A stretch of DNA of 63,665 nucleotides, filler included, from Dimorphilus gyrociliatus (Eukaryota > Animalia > Annelida): the NCBI GenBank assembly GCA_904063045.1. It is 4 parts of 4 records of this genome, joined end to end, with 100 filler letters (N's around TTAATTAATTAA, not from the genome) between each part and the next. Parts side by side here need not be neighbours in the genome. Positions count along the whole stretch, not along the records: positions 1 to 29,045 come from CAJFCJ010000142.1; positions 29,146 to 43,185 come from CAJFCJ010000240.1; 2 more parts are not named here. One strand, written 5' to 3'. Numbering within the stretch: the first letter of the stretch is position 1; each line of letters opens with the position of its first letter. Below the pieces are notes generated by a model. That model had not been told where the DNA came from. It saw nothing but the letters and a program-made list of their open reading frames with translations, and did no database searches. The position numbers and the translations under genes were made by a program. Shown piece after piece: positions 25,401 through 38,216 of this stretch.

Positions 25401-26538
25401 ATTTGAGAAGAAGTCTGAGAGCATACTTTGCAGATAGCTGTAGAACAATTAGTAATCATTTTTATGAGAGTGTCATATCACTTTCAAATTGTAATTTGAT
25501 AAAAGATGATTTCACCACCTGTACAATGTCAAATACTCAAAATAATATTAAAATATTGCTTGTAGTCTGTGAAACAGGACCATATAATGGTTTTTATTTC
25601 TGTTTATTAATTTTTAAATTAATAATATTTAAGTAAAATGGGAAAATTTCCATAGATTTTCATTATAGACTTTACAGAAACACTAACAATACATTAAATT
25701 TTGGCACTAGTCACAATCTTACACAATTTGTTGGAAATTTACAAATCCTTTATATACAAAGTTTTTTATAATAAAAAGTTTATGTAACATTCCAACCAAA
25801 AATTTGACAATTTTAATGTGATTTTTACCTTTTCTTTTGATTTTTCATTATAATGCTTCTAGTAATGATATTATCAATTTTTAAATATATACATCATGCA
25901 ATAATTCTGACTCTTCTGATGAATTTCACTTTAACAAATAATTATTTACTAAGGTTTGATAAAAAAAATCAAAATCTTGAGAACACATCCTTTATTTGCA
26001 ATGATCTTTTCATTAGCAGTCAAATTAAAGAAAAATATTGTCTTTGTTTTAAAACATGCCATATCAAGTGCATTCAAGGTTTGTATTATTTATGACTTTA
26101 CAGTATCATGCATTCAAATAATTCAGATCCATCATCAAATTCGCCATTATTTTTGAGTTGTTTTCAAATCTCAGATGCCTGGGATACATTCCACCCCAAA
26201 AAATAAGCCTACTACATTGTAATATTGATATTTCAGAGATACGTTTTGTTTGAAGTGCTTTGAATCCAATAAGAAGATGTCAGATTTAAAACTTGTTTTA
26301 ACAAAAAATTGGTGAATAAAATGGATAAAAAAGTAGACAATACATGAAAATACTGACTTTATTAAATTATAACTTGAGATTAAAGCTAAACACACAATTA
26401 CAGTTGCCATAGCAATAGCACAAACATTTTTATAATAGAGTACACTGAAAAGAAACTTTTCTAATCAAGTTTGTTGAGAGTTTTTCAAATCCAAGCTACT
26501 TGTTTTACTTTTTAATATTGGAGATTTGCAGCATCCAA

Positions 26539-28465
26539 TCAATTGCAGAAGTTCATTCTTAAATGTTTCACCACATAGGCAATAAATATAAAATTGATCA
26601 CATGATTTAAACTGTTAATGATCAATATAAATTCATAAATGATATGCACTGTTTGCGATTGATAGAGATGTGGTGCAAATTTAAGTATATGAATATTAAT
26701 GACAGAAACTGGAAATGTTGTGATGATGAATGATGTTGATAATAGAAGAGTTAAGATAGTTAGTTTATTTGTTGTTCTTTTCAATTTATCATCATTGGTA
26801 TTATTACTTTTTTCACCAAAATTAGTCATTTTTGTGGTATGAACCTTTAATTTATAAAGTATAAGAATATTTAATATTCCCATAATAATTGATGGAAATA
26901 AAGAATAAATAAGGTTATGATTGAGATAAAAGTACTCTTCAAGAAAATTATTGACACCAGGATTGGATGGAATACAATGAACTACTGTTGGTGTAAACCG
27001 TATAGGCGTTTCATTTGCACTAAATTTTACCAAACTCATTCCAATTCCATAGATGATTATAGCCAAAATTATCATACTGCAAATTTTAAGTGTAGACCAA
27101 ACTTTTGCCTTTACAGGAAATGCAATACACAAAAATCTATCAAAAGTAACAGCAACAAGAGTTAAAGATGATTGTGTAAAAGAAAAGTATATAAATCTGA
27201 AAATTTTACAATCAACCCAAAGAGCAACCCTCATCTACAACTCTTATTGTACTTTGTTGTATTGTAATTGTAGGAATTTCTGGTTCGTCACAACTGTAAT
27301 CGTCCTTTCCAATCATTTACCAACTTGCCAAAGTACTGGTCCAAATAGAACCTTTAAAGTTCGTCCACAAATAGTCTAACAAAGGCAATTTCGGTAGAAA
27401 TTGATTAACAAAACACCAGTATTTCGTCCAAAGAATATGTATTGAGTAAAATGAGCTTCTAGTTCTAAACAAGCTAGTTTAAACAACTAGCTGACGGTTA
27501 GAAAACTGAACTATCAACTGTTAATTTCGTAGGGTTTATATACTCTTTTAAGGGTTGATAGTTCACAAATTTCAATGTTCACAAAAACAAAAGTAACATT
27601 TAAAGACAAAGAAAAGTTCTAAATATGGTCATGTTTTTATTGTTTCCTCTTCTAAATAATAGTTGAATTTCGAAGGTTGGAGAGTTGCATAAGATGTAAC
27701 AATTTTAGTAGGACAAGTCCAACAATCAAGAAAACATGTAGATTGTATATTTGACCGTTTTTATATTCTACCTTAATAATGATATTCAATTGATTGAGTT
27801 AGTAAATTTAGCATCAGCATATAAGGAGGAAGTATATCTGATTAATGCATGTTAAGAAGAACAGTATTGTGTATACAATACTGTTGAATAGTGAATATAA
27901 TCTAAACTTAGAATTTAAGCATAATGATAATTAATTGAACTAGTTTTAGTTCGAAATCATAAATGTATGGATTAATAAATTGTAATATTAATGCTAGGTT
28001 GCAAATAGCAAATATTCTTTATATAATTCAATAGGTTTTATTACTGCATAATGTGTATGCACTGCCCTATGCGAACTAGGTCACTACTGCTTATCTTTAT
28101 CAGTGCTATCTGCATAGTACAATACTGGTTCAATACTACTTCTCTATTGTAGAATATAGCTGACGAATGTATGTGTACACTTATATTTAGAAAGTATACA
28201 CCTCTCATTACATTGCCAACTATTATTAGAAGATCAGCTAATGTAACAATTAACATATACCTGAAAAGGTAGTTTTCCATAGATTACTCTTCAAAATTGT
28301 AATCACTGACATTAGATTAAATGGAATTCCAAAAACAATACCAACTGATATAAAAATAATTGGTGTTATTAGTTCTGCAAATTTCTCCATAATAGGTAGG
28401 CTACCATATGTTTTGCTGGTAGCATTTTCAGCATTAAGAAAAGTAGGATTCAATGTCACATTCAT
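26539..28465 (-). pseudogene. Mirror copy of the GPCR pseudogene and its LTR
   Basis: Reverse complement of 18505-20436 with different 1-bp indels. Confidence 0.8.
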
Positions 28466-29045
28466 GTTTACTTCAAAAATTTCTGTCTGCAATTCTTAAC
28501 AGCAATAATTTGCTATCCTTTATGCTGAAAGATGAATAGGAAATAATAGGATTAAGTAGCCTTACTTAATTTGATATTTAATTAATTTCTTATTTGATAC
28601 GAGTGCATTGATATATTAAAAACACTAGTAAATCAAGCCAATCAAAAAATTAAAAAATCATCCTTATATCCCTTTTGATTGTTCTTCTTTAATTTTTGCA
28701 CATACAACTCAAGATAATTATCACTGGTTCTACTTTAAATTTTTCCACAATATCCTGTTCTGGAAGTGGGAAGAACTTGATGAAGCCCCTTCCATTAATA
28801 GGAAGAGCTTTTGACCAGTCCCATTCATAACTATTAGGAGTTCTTTGTTCAGTTGAGTTCTTTTTCTCTAGTTCCAGTAGGAGCTCCTTGTTTCTCTTAT
28901 TAGCTTCCTCTAATTTGTTATTAGCTTCCTCCAGCTTACTGGAGCTTGCTTTGATTGTACTTTTAACTCTACACTTTGTTCCTAAGATCTAAGTATCTTT
29001 TCATAGGTTATTTAAGGTGGGTCTACTCAGACCCACATAAGAGTG

Positions 29046-29145
29046 NNNNNNNNNNNNNNNNNNNNNNNNNNNNNNNNNNNNNNNNNNNNTTAATTAATTA
29101 ANNNNNNNNNNNNNNNNNNNNNNNNNNNNNNNNNNNNNNNNNNNN
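29046..29145. other. Artificial contig spacer
   Basis: 44 N + TTAATTAATTAA (stop codons in all six frames) + 44 N. Confidence 0.99.
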
Positions 29146-30236
29146 CGAAACTTTTAATCAAAAAAAAGGCTAATGCTTATAAAAAAGATAAAGAAATTCA
29201 TGAAACAACTTGATCTGAAATCAGGATTATACGAAATAAAACTTTTCTTAGAAACATCAGATTTAGAACATACTTTGAAAATTTTATTAAAAAAAGGTGC
29301 AAAGAAAAGGATTTTTACACAGAGAAAGCCCAAATAAGAGAAATATTCTCAAGAGATAACTCTTTACACAAAAGGGAGAATTAATATATTGAAAGCTCTG
29401 GTACAATATTATCGCGAAGTAAAATGAGTCGATTGGTCAAAGAGACCAACTTAACAAGGAAAAACCTAAAAAAACGAGCATCTATAACGTTTGAACCAAT
29501 ACATAAAGATAAAGAGCTTTATATGCAGCAGGATTGCTAATAACAGAACCAACAACGTATTTTTTTGATGAGCTGGATTTAATCTCCATACATCTAATAA
29601 CTACGGATATTCTTTACCAACCAGGATGCTGTCAAGTCGGTAACACCATCTAGAGGAAGGAATATTTCATTATGTGCTATGTTTTCGATAAATGGGATTT
29701 TAGACTACACTATGTTGATGGCTCTTTTATGGTGCAATTTCACTTTATTTTTAGAAAATGCGATAAACAATAGCATTCTTAATAGGAATACCATCTTAGT
29801 AATGGATAATGCTTCAATCCATCACTGTGTTTCCGTGAAAGAGGGTTAGATAGACATGAATTCTTATAAATATCTACCTCCATACTCACCAGATATGAAC
29901 CGAATTGAGAATGTATTTTCCATTTTAAATCAAAAGTATCAGCTAGAAGACCAACTGCAGATCAAGAGAAGTATTAAAAAATTACATCACTGATCTATAG
30001 ATGAATTTAATTCTGGTGATCATCAAGTTTCTTAAATTTTTTAGAAAAATGTGGGAAACACTGAATATGGTGTTAAATGAATAAAGAATTATATTAAAAA
30101 TATTTTATTTGAATTTAAATTTTTAAAAAATTCCATTTAATTCCAAGAACATTTCATTTTTTTAGAAATGTCCATTTTTTACTGAAAATATTCCATTTAA
30201 TTTTGAGAATATTAAATTTTTTAATGAGAACCCCTG
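29146..30236 (+). mobile_element. IS630-Tc1-type transposon, degenerate, 5' truncated
   Basis: FFDE-GFNLHTSNNYGYS, MDNASIH and LPPYSPDMN.IE are present; it ends ...CCCCTG followed by TA. Confidence 0.8.
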
Positions 30237-31899
30237 TATATCCCCTTCTTTTAGTATATCTCCTGCTAAGCTAGAGGGATACCAATTGGGTCGCTATGTG
30301 CTATTTTCATTTGAATACATGCTTGATTAACTGAGTTTGTTTGAATCAAAGAATGAAACTCAACAGGCCATTAACACTTTTGAACAATATGGAATCTGAA
30401 TCATAACATCTTATAGCTGTGTCAGTTTCTAGCACATTGTCTTTTGTAGTGAATAGGCTATTATCATCTAACCTATTACTAGAAACTGAAATTTCACTAT
30501 TTTTATAATTGTTACCCCTCCATTTCATTTTTTATATTGTGTTTGAGATGCTGTCTTCTTAAAAAAGACATAGATGATACAACTTTTTCTCTTTTCTTAT
30601 GTAATTTAAATAGAGTTTCTAGGGTTCTTGTGTGATATTCATGTAAAAAAAAGTTAATTCATTATGAAATGGTAGAACTTCTTCTAAGGTGAAAACTCTC
30701 CCCCTAAATTTTGATTTATCTTCATTTTTAGAAAATTATTTTTTTTAATTTTTTATAAACTTTGCTATCGTGGGGTCGGTCATAAGACCATAGAACCCAA
30801 GTCTAACGTCGTTTTAACACTTGGCAAACTTTAAGTTATGGGCAAATTTGTACTTATATAGATTATTAAAAAAATGTAAATCATATAATCCCCCTTTTTT
30901 CCAGATCTTGTATTACAAAAATCTGATGTTTTTAAGAAACTCTTGTATGATCTTATATTTTCGTTAAATCTTATAGGAGGATCTTCTAAAGATTCTGATC
31001 TCATACTTTTTAATTTTACCATACTATTCTTCTTCAAATGCCACCTTTCAGTGGCTTGAGCAGAGAAGGGATTAAGGAGGGTTAATATTCCTTCCGCTCT
31101 TACGAAACTACAGAATTCTATAAGTAGTTGTTTTTTAGTATTTATAACACAATGGCTAAATTTAACTGCTTTACAGTAAATTAGCCATTTTTTATTACTA
31201 TGTATATTAATATTTGAATTAGATAATATATAATCTAAATATTCTTCACTGTTGACTGTTTAGCCACATAAAGATATATTATTTACATATGTTTTTAGAA
31301 AAGTGTTTTTAGTCTCAGGTGGGGGTGTTTCATTGATTAAGTAGACGAGTTTAGAACTAAACTCGGAGGCTTTCTCTAAGGTGAGCCCGTCTATTATGAT
31401 TTTGAGTAAGTCTTTATTTGTTATAGAAAGTTTTTTTTAGCTGTTTAATATTTTTAATAATAATAAATAAGGATTGGTTATTCGAGAAATTATATCAACC
31501 TCCTGTTTTAACAATTCAAATAGTTACTTCATGTTCAAAGGATTATTATTCACTTTTTGTATCAAAGATTTATGTGAGTTAAAAGAGAGTAAATGTGTAT
31601 TACTACCTCCTCTAACAAAAAGATCAAAGATAAAAGTATATATATATTGATTGTTGTTCTATAACACAACAGAGGGGGGCTTTTTATAATATCGGTATAT
31701 GATTCTATAATATTATTGATTATAATGGCTAGTTTTTCCTTGAATATCTACATAATACAATCTTTTTTATTATGTATAACGTATTCATTTAAATCAGATA
31801 TATTATGTATCCCTGATCTGACCTCTAGACACACATGCTTTATAGATCGTGTTGAATAGAAAAATTTTATGGTAAGTTTTTTCTAAAAAGAAAGAAAGA

Positions 31900-32620
31900 A
31901 AGAATGTGCTTTAATTAAAATTGTTTTTTTTACTACATAAAAACCTAATTACTTAGGAAAAGTTTCATAATTTCGATTTCAATTAAAGTAACTTTGGCTT
32001 CTAATATGCCTCGCGCTACTTGTTCATTTACGTATCTTAACACTCTCCTCCCTGGAGGCTTTCTATTAACTGTGCTTTATACTTACCTATATCAATAAAT
32101 CATTAATCAACCCATTATTTATATCAGTGATCCTATTGGCAAGATCTAACGCTATCGTTTCTATCTGCACCCCTTTCCTGCCCCTCCAAATTTATTCAGA
32201 CTAAAATCTGCATGAGTATCATTTAACGATACTTACCGATGATTTTTCTTATAGTTGAATAACTCGTTCCTACTTCAAGTCTTAATGAGTACTCAGGTTG
32301 TCGAGTAACCAATTTAATAAATAGTTTTACAATTGGTTTTATAGGCGCACTACTCCCTTCAAAAAATCACACACGACTAAGGCTAACATAAATTTTATTA
32401 GAGCTACAAGTCCTTCTGTACCATCTCTCAGCTATTCTATCAGGCGATCTATTATATCTAGCGACGGTCATACTAGAAGCACATTCACAACAGATCATCT
32501 TACTAGCAATTAACCAATTTTACATGAGAAATCGTACAAATCGTCTATCACTAGCTTGAACAATGTAATCTTCAAAGCTTTCTGCGTCTATAGGGTAGGA
32601 AATGAATCCTTCATTTATAG
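31900..32620 (-). mobile_element. Merlin/IS1016 (ISXO2-like) transposase remnant
   Basis: An N-terminal CCEC...W..C zinc-ribbon-like region with FFEGS..P is followed by a frameshifted FGG..VQI.E motif; multiple stops. Confidence 0.55.
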
Positions 32621-32849
32621 TTCTTGACCGATTTGGAAATGAAATGGAAGGACATTTTTTTATAAAATATTGAAAATATTCAAAGATTTAGAAATATAAA
32701 AGATATTATGGTTCTAAAAAGGCTACTTTTCTATTTTTGTTTGGATCGACATTTTGAAATTTGATTTTTTAAAATATTAATTTTTCATCAATTTTTATTA
32801 TGAGGTAGTAAATTCTACATAGTTATGATCATGGGGAGGGGGAAATTGC

Positions 32850-33650
32850 ATAACATGTAGGGTATACAACAAATTATATACATTTTTTACCATGTGGGGA
32901 TTTAAATACTGATCCGAAATCTTCACGTTTTACAGATCTTTCATGAATCTTGTGATAAATACTGCCATATTTATTCATGGCACCAAAATTGGACATATTT
33001 CTGCTTCTTGCAGAAGGAGCGTCATCATAGGCGACTGACCACTTTTTGCTCCACCTCTTTTTGTTCTTGTAACCACAGGAAATCCTAATTCGTCAATGAA
33101 AAGGGAAGTTTTTATTTTCACTTTGTGGTTCCATCTCACGATAGCTTCTAGCATAATCTTTTTGTTTTCCTTACAGCTTTCAGTTGTCCTAGCATAAGGA
33201 ACATGTATTATTTGTTTAATGTGAAATGAAACTAGTGTAATATACTATCACCAGTACTCTGTGATGGATATTTGCCAAATTTTATTTCACACTCTTTTAA
33301 CAATTCATTTAGAGGAAGAGCAATCGGCACCCACCCAACTTATTAGTTACTCTTTTTCTTCTGCCGGAAGAATAGATCTTCTATTCTCACATTGTTTTTC
33401 TTTCAAAAGATTTCCTGTTTTCAAAAATTTGTTCATAAAACGGCTTACGGTTTTATATTTCAGGCTTAGCGCTTCAGATTTCGCCTTGGCCGACATCCCT
33501 TCGAGAAGTTTCGCAATGATCCTTTGTCTATCATCGGAAGAAACAGTCTTTTTCGATCGTTTGGTTTTAGGTGTTATTGTGACCATAATAGGGTATAAAT
33601 GAGTCAAATTCTTTTATAGTTATGTGGATGGAAATAAAAAAGATGAAAAT
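32850..33650 (-). mobile_element. IS630-Tc1-type transposase remnant
   Basis: An HTH region (DDRQRIIAKLLEG..TVSRFMNKFLKTG) and FIDELGF are present, with frameshifts. Confidence 0.7.
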
Positions 33651-33721
33651 TTAAAATTTGTATTTATCTTATCTCAACCTGGTTGCATGAGATCTCAAGT
33701 TGATCGGAAAATATTATATTA

Positions 33722-35014
33722 CAAGGGATTTCAAAAATTAAGAGATCGATTTAAGAAATTAAGAGAAAAACAGGTAAAGAATGAATTAAAATTTTTGTAA
33801 ATAGGAGGGAAACAAAATATTAATTAGCATTGTATAGAAGAGTATGATAATGAATAAATTTATACATACCACCTAATAGCAAATGAAAACCTAAGGAAAA
33901 CAGTAACAAATGAAATGTTCGAGCAAATCAGGAGGGTCAAATGAGATGAAAGTAGCCAAAGTTTCGCAAATCACATTCGCTCGGATTAAATGCCACTTCA
34001 AAGGGAATTTGGAAACTGTGAGTATGGATGAGGAATGTGAAATTAAATTTGACGAAGCCTATCCTAAAAGGGGTAGAAAGAAGAAAATTTTCAGTTCTGT
34101 TGAAGCCAGTGTAAGAGCAGTACTTGAGGGGGGGGTGATAACTCACTAACTCATAAACGCGCTCGTGCCATATTGGCAGAAAAAAGGATTAATGTCTCGA
34201 GCTCAACAAATTGTCGAAGGGGAAAATCAGCAGGTTTAATTCGAAAGAGGACCAAGAAAAGATTCAAAGCGGTACTAAATGCTGCCTACAAAGAGAAAAT
34301 TATCGAATATGCATTAAATTTTGCTCATTCAATAATAGGGAAATCTTATTTTGTGATGAGTCAGGATTTAACCTGCATCCCTCTAACACATATGGCTAAT
34401 CTGAATTCAATACTGACTGTTTTCTTTACCAACCTGCAAGTCGTGGAAAATATATGTCTCTTTGCGCAATTATTCTCCAAACGGGAATAATACATCATCA
34501 ATTAATTGATGGGCCTTACAATGGCGATTTATTTTTACAATTTTTGAAAGATGCATGAGAGGCCAAAAAAAACACTATAACCCAGTTTTAATTGTTGACA
34601 ATGTTCATTATCAAAAGATGGCCACCATGTCGTCATTTTAGCTGAGATTGGAGTCCCCTTGTGTTTCTTGTTCCATATTCTCCTGATTTCAATCCAATCG
34701 AAAACTTGTTTGGAGTAATCAAACCTAGATTAAGTGCGAAGCGTCCCCTCCCAATTACTAGATCCGGACTACGACAATGCATCAATTAAACTTACTCTAC
34801 TTTTGATTCAGTATCATTACTTAATTTTTATTCATCAATGAGAGCTAAAATCAATTCGACTTTGAATGGATTTGAATAAAATTTCGTTTGAAAGACTATT
34901 TATTCTTTTCATGCAATAATATCATCATCAGACGTTTTACTAATTTTAATAGCTTCTTTGCAACATTTTTCTCTACATTTCTGTTATCTTTCTTTTAATT
35001 TTTGAAATGCCCTG
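33722..35014 (+). mobile_element. IS630-Tc1-type transposon with TIRs and TA TSD
   Basis: TA|CAAGGGATTTCAAAAAT ... ATTTTTGAAATGCCCTG|TA. Motifs FCDESGFNLH, IVDNV and PYSPDFNPIE occur in broken frames. Confidence 0.85.
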
Positions 35015-37041
35015 TATATCATAACAGAATTTTTAAAGAAATTTTATTCATACATTGTCCTTTAATATAATGTTATAGAAGTTTTACAGGTGTTTCTACA
35101 TCGCTGAGTTTTTTTATACTGTATATGCCCTAATCTACCCTAAGAGCTTTGTTTTTTAGTCAAAAAAGGAGGGTGTTACCACTCTTCCAAACATTCCAAT
35201 TGCATTAAGATTTATCTTAACTCTCTTTGGTGAAGGATGTACCGGAATTTTTTAATTATATTTTTGATTCTAGCGTTCGAACATTTATTTAGCAGATTTC
35301 TCATGCATTAACCAAGTTTTCCCAAGTAATATTCCTCCAAAATAGTTTTTTAAAAATAAAAATATTGTTTAAATTGGTCTGTCACTATTCTCTTTTATTT
35401 TTTTCAACGATAGTTCAGCTTCTTTAGATCAAGTCCAATATCACCTCCCCTATTAATATAAATTAGACTCAAATCTAAAATTTCCCTCCCGGGGTGGACT
35501 TGATCCGCTTCTCTTAAATCAGAAACCTTACCTTTTTCAGAGTCAGATAACTGCTTTCATATAATAAGTGATATGATAAGCTGTGTTTATACACTAATAT
35601 GAAGAAAAAAATCTCGATTTATTTTTCGAATAAAAAATTCCAGCCTTTTTCGTCCACGGCTGTAAAAAATTTATATTAAATTTTGGTTTGAAACTATAAA
35701 ATGTATTAATATGAGATAATTTTAGTTTTTCACTTCCATCACCGTACTGAACCACTTCAATTGCCGTTATGTAAATTCCAATTTCTTTTATCACTATTGT
35801 ATTTAAAGACTAATGGTTTCATATCATTATTAATAACAGTTCTATTTATTCGCATTCTCTTTGAAAACTGTGCATTGTTTTCAATATTCTAAATTTTTTG
35901 TTTTTGAATCAATCCTCCGGGGGTATTCTTTACTTTGTAATAAATAAATTCATTTCTCTGCTAGTAAAGTGTATGTATATTATTATTGTATCTGGATAAA
36001 CATATTTTCAGTTTCTAAAATAAACTTTTCATAGTATATACCTTCGAAGATTATTTCGTGCAATTATCGTTTAAAGCTATTTTTTAATAACAAATTTTCA
36101 TCGACTTTTAATGAATGACCTAAATCTACAAGTCTATCTTCCATTTTTTACACATCATATTAAATATTGCTCCTAAAATAATACCCATCTCTTTTCTTGA
36201 AATAGAAATTTCTTATTTTACTTGGTATTCTGTTCTATTGAAATATAACTAATCTGAAAATAATTGTTTTTTTTTTATTTATAGAATTTATATTCAAGTA
36301 AATATGTTATTTTAATTTTTAAGCACTAATAATACAACACTATCTGTATTTTCTATAAAATTATAACCTGTTACAGATTTAACAAACTTTTTTTAGTTTA
36401 GAATAAGTGTTTATACCTCTATATAGTCTTCAACATTAGTTTTTGTTACATTTTATTCAAATAAAATATGAAAGAATAAAAAACTTTTTATTCCCCCTTT
36501 CTTCTAGATTTCTTTAGTTTTTAAAAAAAATATTAAAGTGATCGGAGGAGTGGTGTATTCTAGTCCTACCCAAAGATTTTGCTTTAAAAATATAAATAAT
36601 ATTAAAATAGGGGTTGCTTAAAAATCATGCTTGATATCATAGTACTATATTTAATGTTGTTTTGTAAATATATTTATATTTTAATTTAATTTTATTTAAT
36701 TTTTTTTATCCCTAAAAATTATTTACATCAATTCAACAAAGAATAAGGGGGGGAGGTTATAAGCATTAAAAGAGGAGTTATAAAGGCAAGCGACTGGATG
36801 ACATTTCAGTCAGGTATTAAACCATGTATAAACATTAATAAAAACTGCTCTGTTTCACTGAAAGTTAACGTTAAAGAATCTAAGGATGTTAATAAGGTGA
36901 TTGAAAAGTATAATGTGATATAAAATGCTTCCTATAAACTTAACAATAAACATTCAAATAAAGATTCTTGTAATGGACACATTAAATCTGAGAATAAGAA
37001 AATGAACAAATATAAAAAAAATAATTTAACAAAAAGATAGC

Positions 37042-37190
37042 TAAATCGAGCTTTAGATCCCAGTCGGACTACTGTAATTAATTACAGTCCAGAGCTAATA
37101 ACATACAGGAGAATCCGCAATCAGACAAAAAAATAAATAACAAGTTAAATCGAGCTTTAGATCCCAGTCGGACTACTGTAATTAATTACA
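37042..37190. repeat. Two identical 45-bp direct repeats (37042-37086, 37146-37190)
   Basis: The unit is TAAATCGAGCTTTAGATCCCAGTCGGACTACTGTAATTAATTACA. It contains the palindrome TGTAATTAATTACA. Confidence 0.9.
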
Positions 37191-37671
37191 ACTCGAATGA
37201 AGGAAGTTTCAACGAAGAAATTAATTAAATATATAACCTATTTTTTACTATTCAAATAAACCTTACACTTAATATTAACTTTATAAACATATGATTACCA
37301 CTTAGTTACATGTGAAATACATAAAGTTTAATTATTTTACCATCGTATTTTTCAAATTTTTTCAACTCAAGTTAACTATGCTAAAAACTCAATAGAAAGG
37401 CGTTTTAACTTAAAGAAGAAAAAAACAGTACATGCACACCATTCCATCCTTTTAAAAAAAGCAAATAATTAAAACAAATGAAAAAAATACTTAAACTTTA
37501 AATTTTTAACAAAAGTAATATATGACAAACCAATAATTTTTTTAGTTTATAAATCAATAAAAACTAACTTATTGTATGTTATCTTGTCGGCAATAGGTGG
37601 AATGAAGTGATATTTCCAAGTAGAGAAAACCCCCCTTCTTACCAACAAAATGTCAAATTATCGGTTCACCC

Positions 37672-37888
37672 CCAAAATTTGCACACCATGGGGGTAAATT
37701 ATGTAGGGGTGCAAATTTGGAGAAATAAAATGAATTTAATAAAAATTATCTCTACCTATAGCAAAGCTTTTTCGCAACAATAATAAGATATATATAATAG
37801 ATATACAAGATTGGTGGGCTCCCCCAAATTTGCACCCCAGGGATGGAAATCTGGGGAATTAAATAATATAGGGGGTGCAAATTTGGGG
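37672..37888. repeat. Two hairpin modules CCAAATTTGCACCCC...GGGGTGCAAATTTGG
   Basis: Inverted pairs at 37672-37720 and 37822-37888. Confidence 0.75.
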
Positions 37889-38216
37889 ATTCAAATTATC
37901 TCCATTTTGATATAAAAATAATTAACATGAAATCACTTTTAAAAGCTATACCCAGTAAATTTTGGAGCAAAGTCGTTTTACCCTTATATTCAACATTCAC
38001 GCTTTTTTTGGATCATGCCTAAAATTTTCGGAACAAGTCCAGAATTTTCTCCTGGGGGGATTTTAGACTTGTGTCTAACTAGAAAAGACAGAAAAAATTT
38101 ACTAATTATAAAAATGGCGTGTTCAAATAAAAGCGAAAAATTTATAATATAAAGAGCAGAATTGTATTATCATTACAATATAGTGAAAAAATCTAATACT
38201 TAATAAATCTCTACTA

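Larger units (their letters stand above)
17920..29045. repeat. ~11 kb fold-back palindrome (arms 17920-23450 and 23524-29045, 73-bp spacer)
   Basis: The arms are reverse complements (GTGTGCAAGACTTGTTC ends at 23450; GAACAAGTCTTGCACAC starts at 23524), and ORFs are mirrored. The differences I found are 1-bp indels, mostly in homopolymers. The right arm runs to the contig end. Confidence 0.95.

Noticed and set aside
29090-29101. TTAATTAATTAA as a biological motif
   Set aside because: It is identical in all three N-gaps, so it is an artificial six-frame stop linker.
37042-37190. CRISPR mini-array
   Set aside because: There are only two repeats, the unit and spacer are long, the context is eukaryotic, and no cas genes are present.
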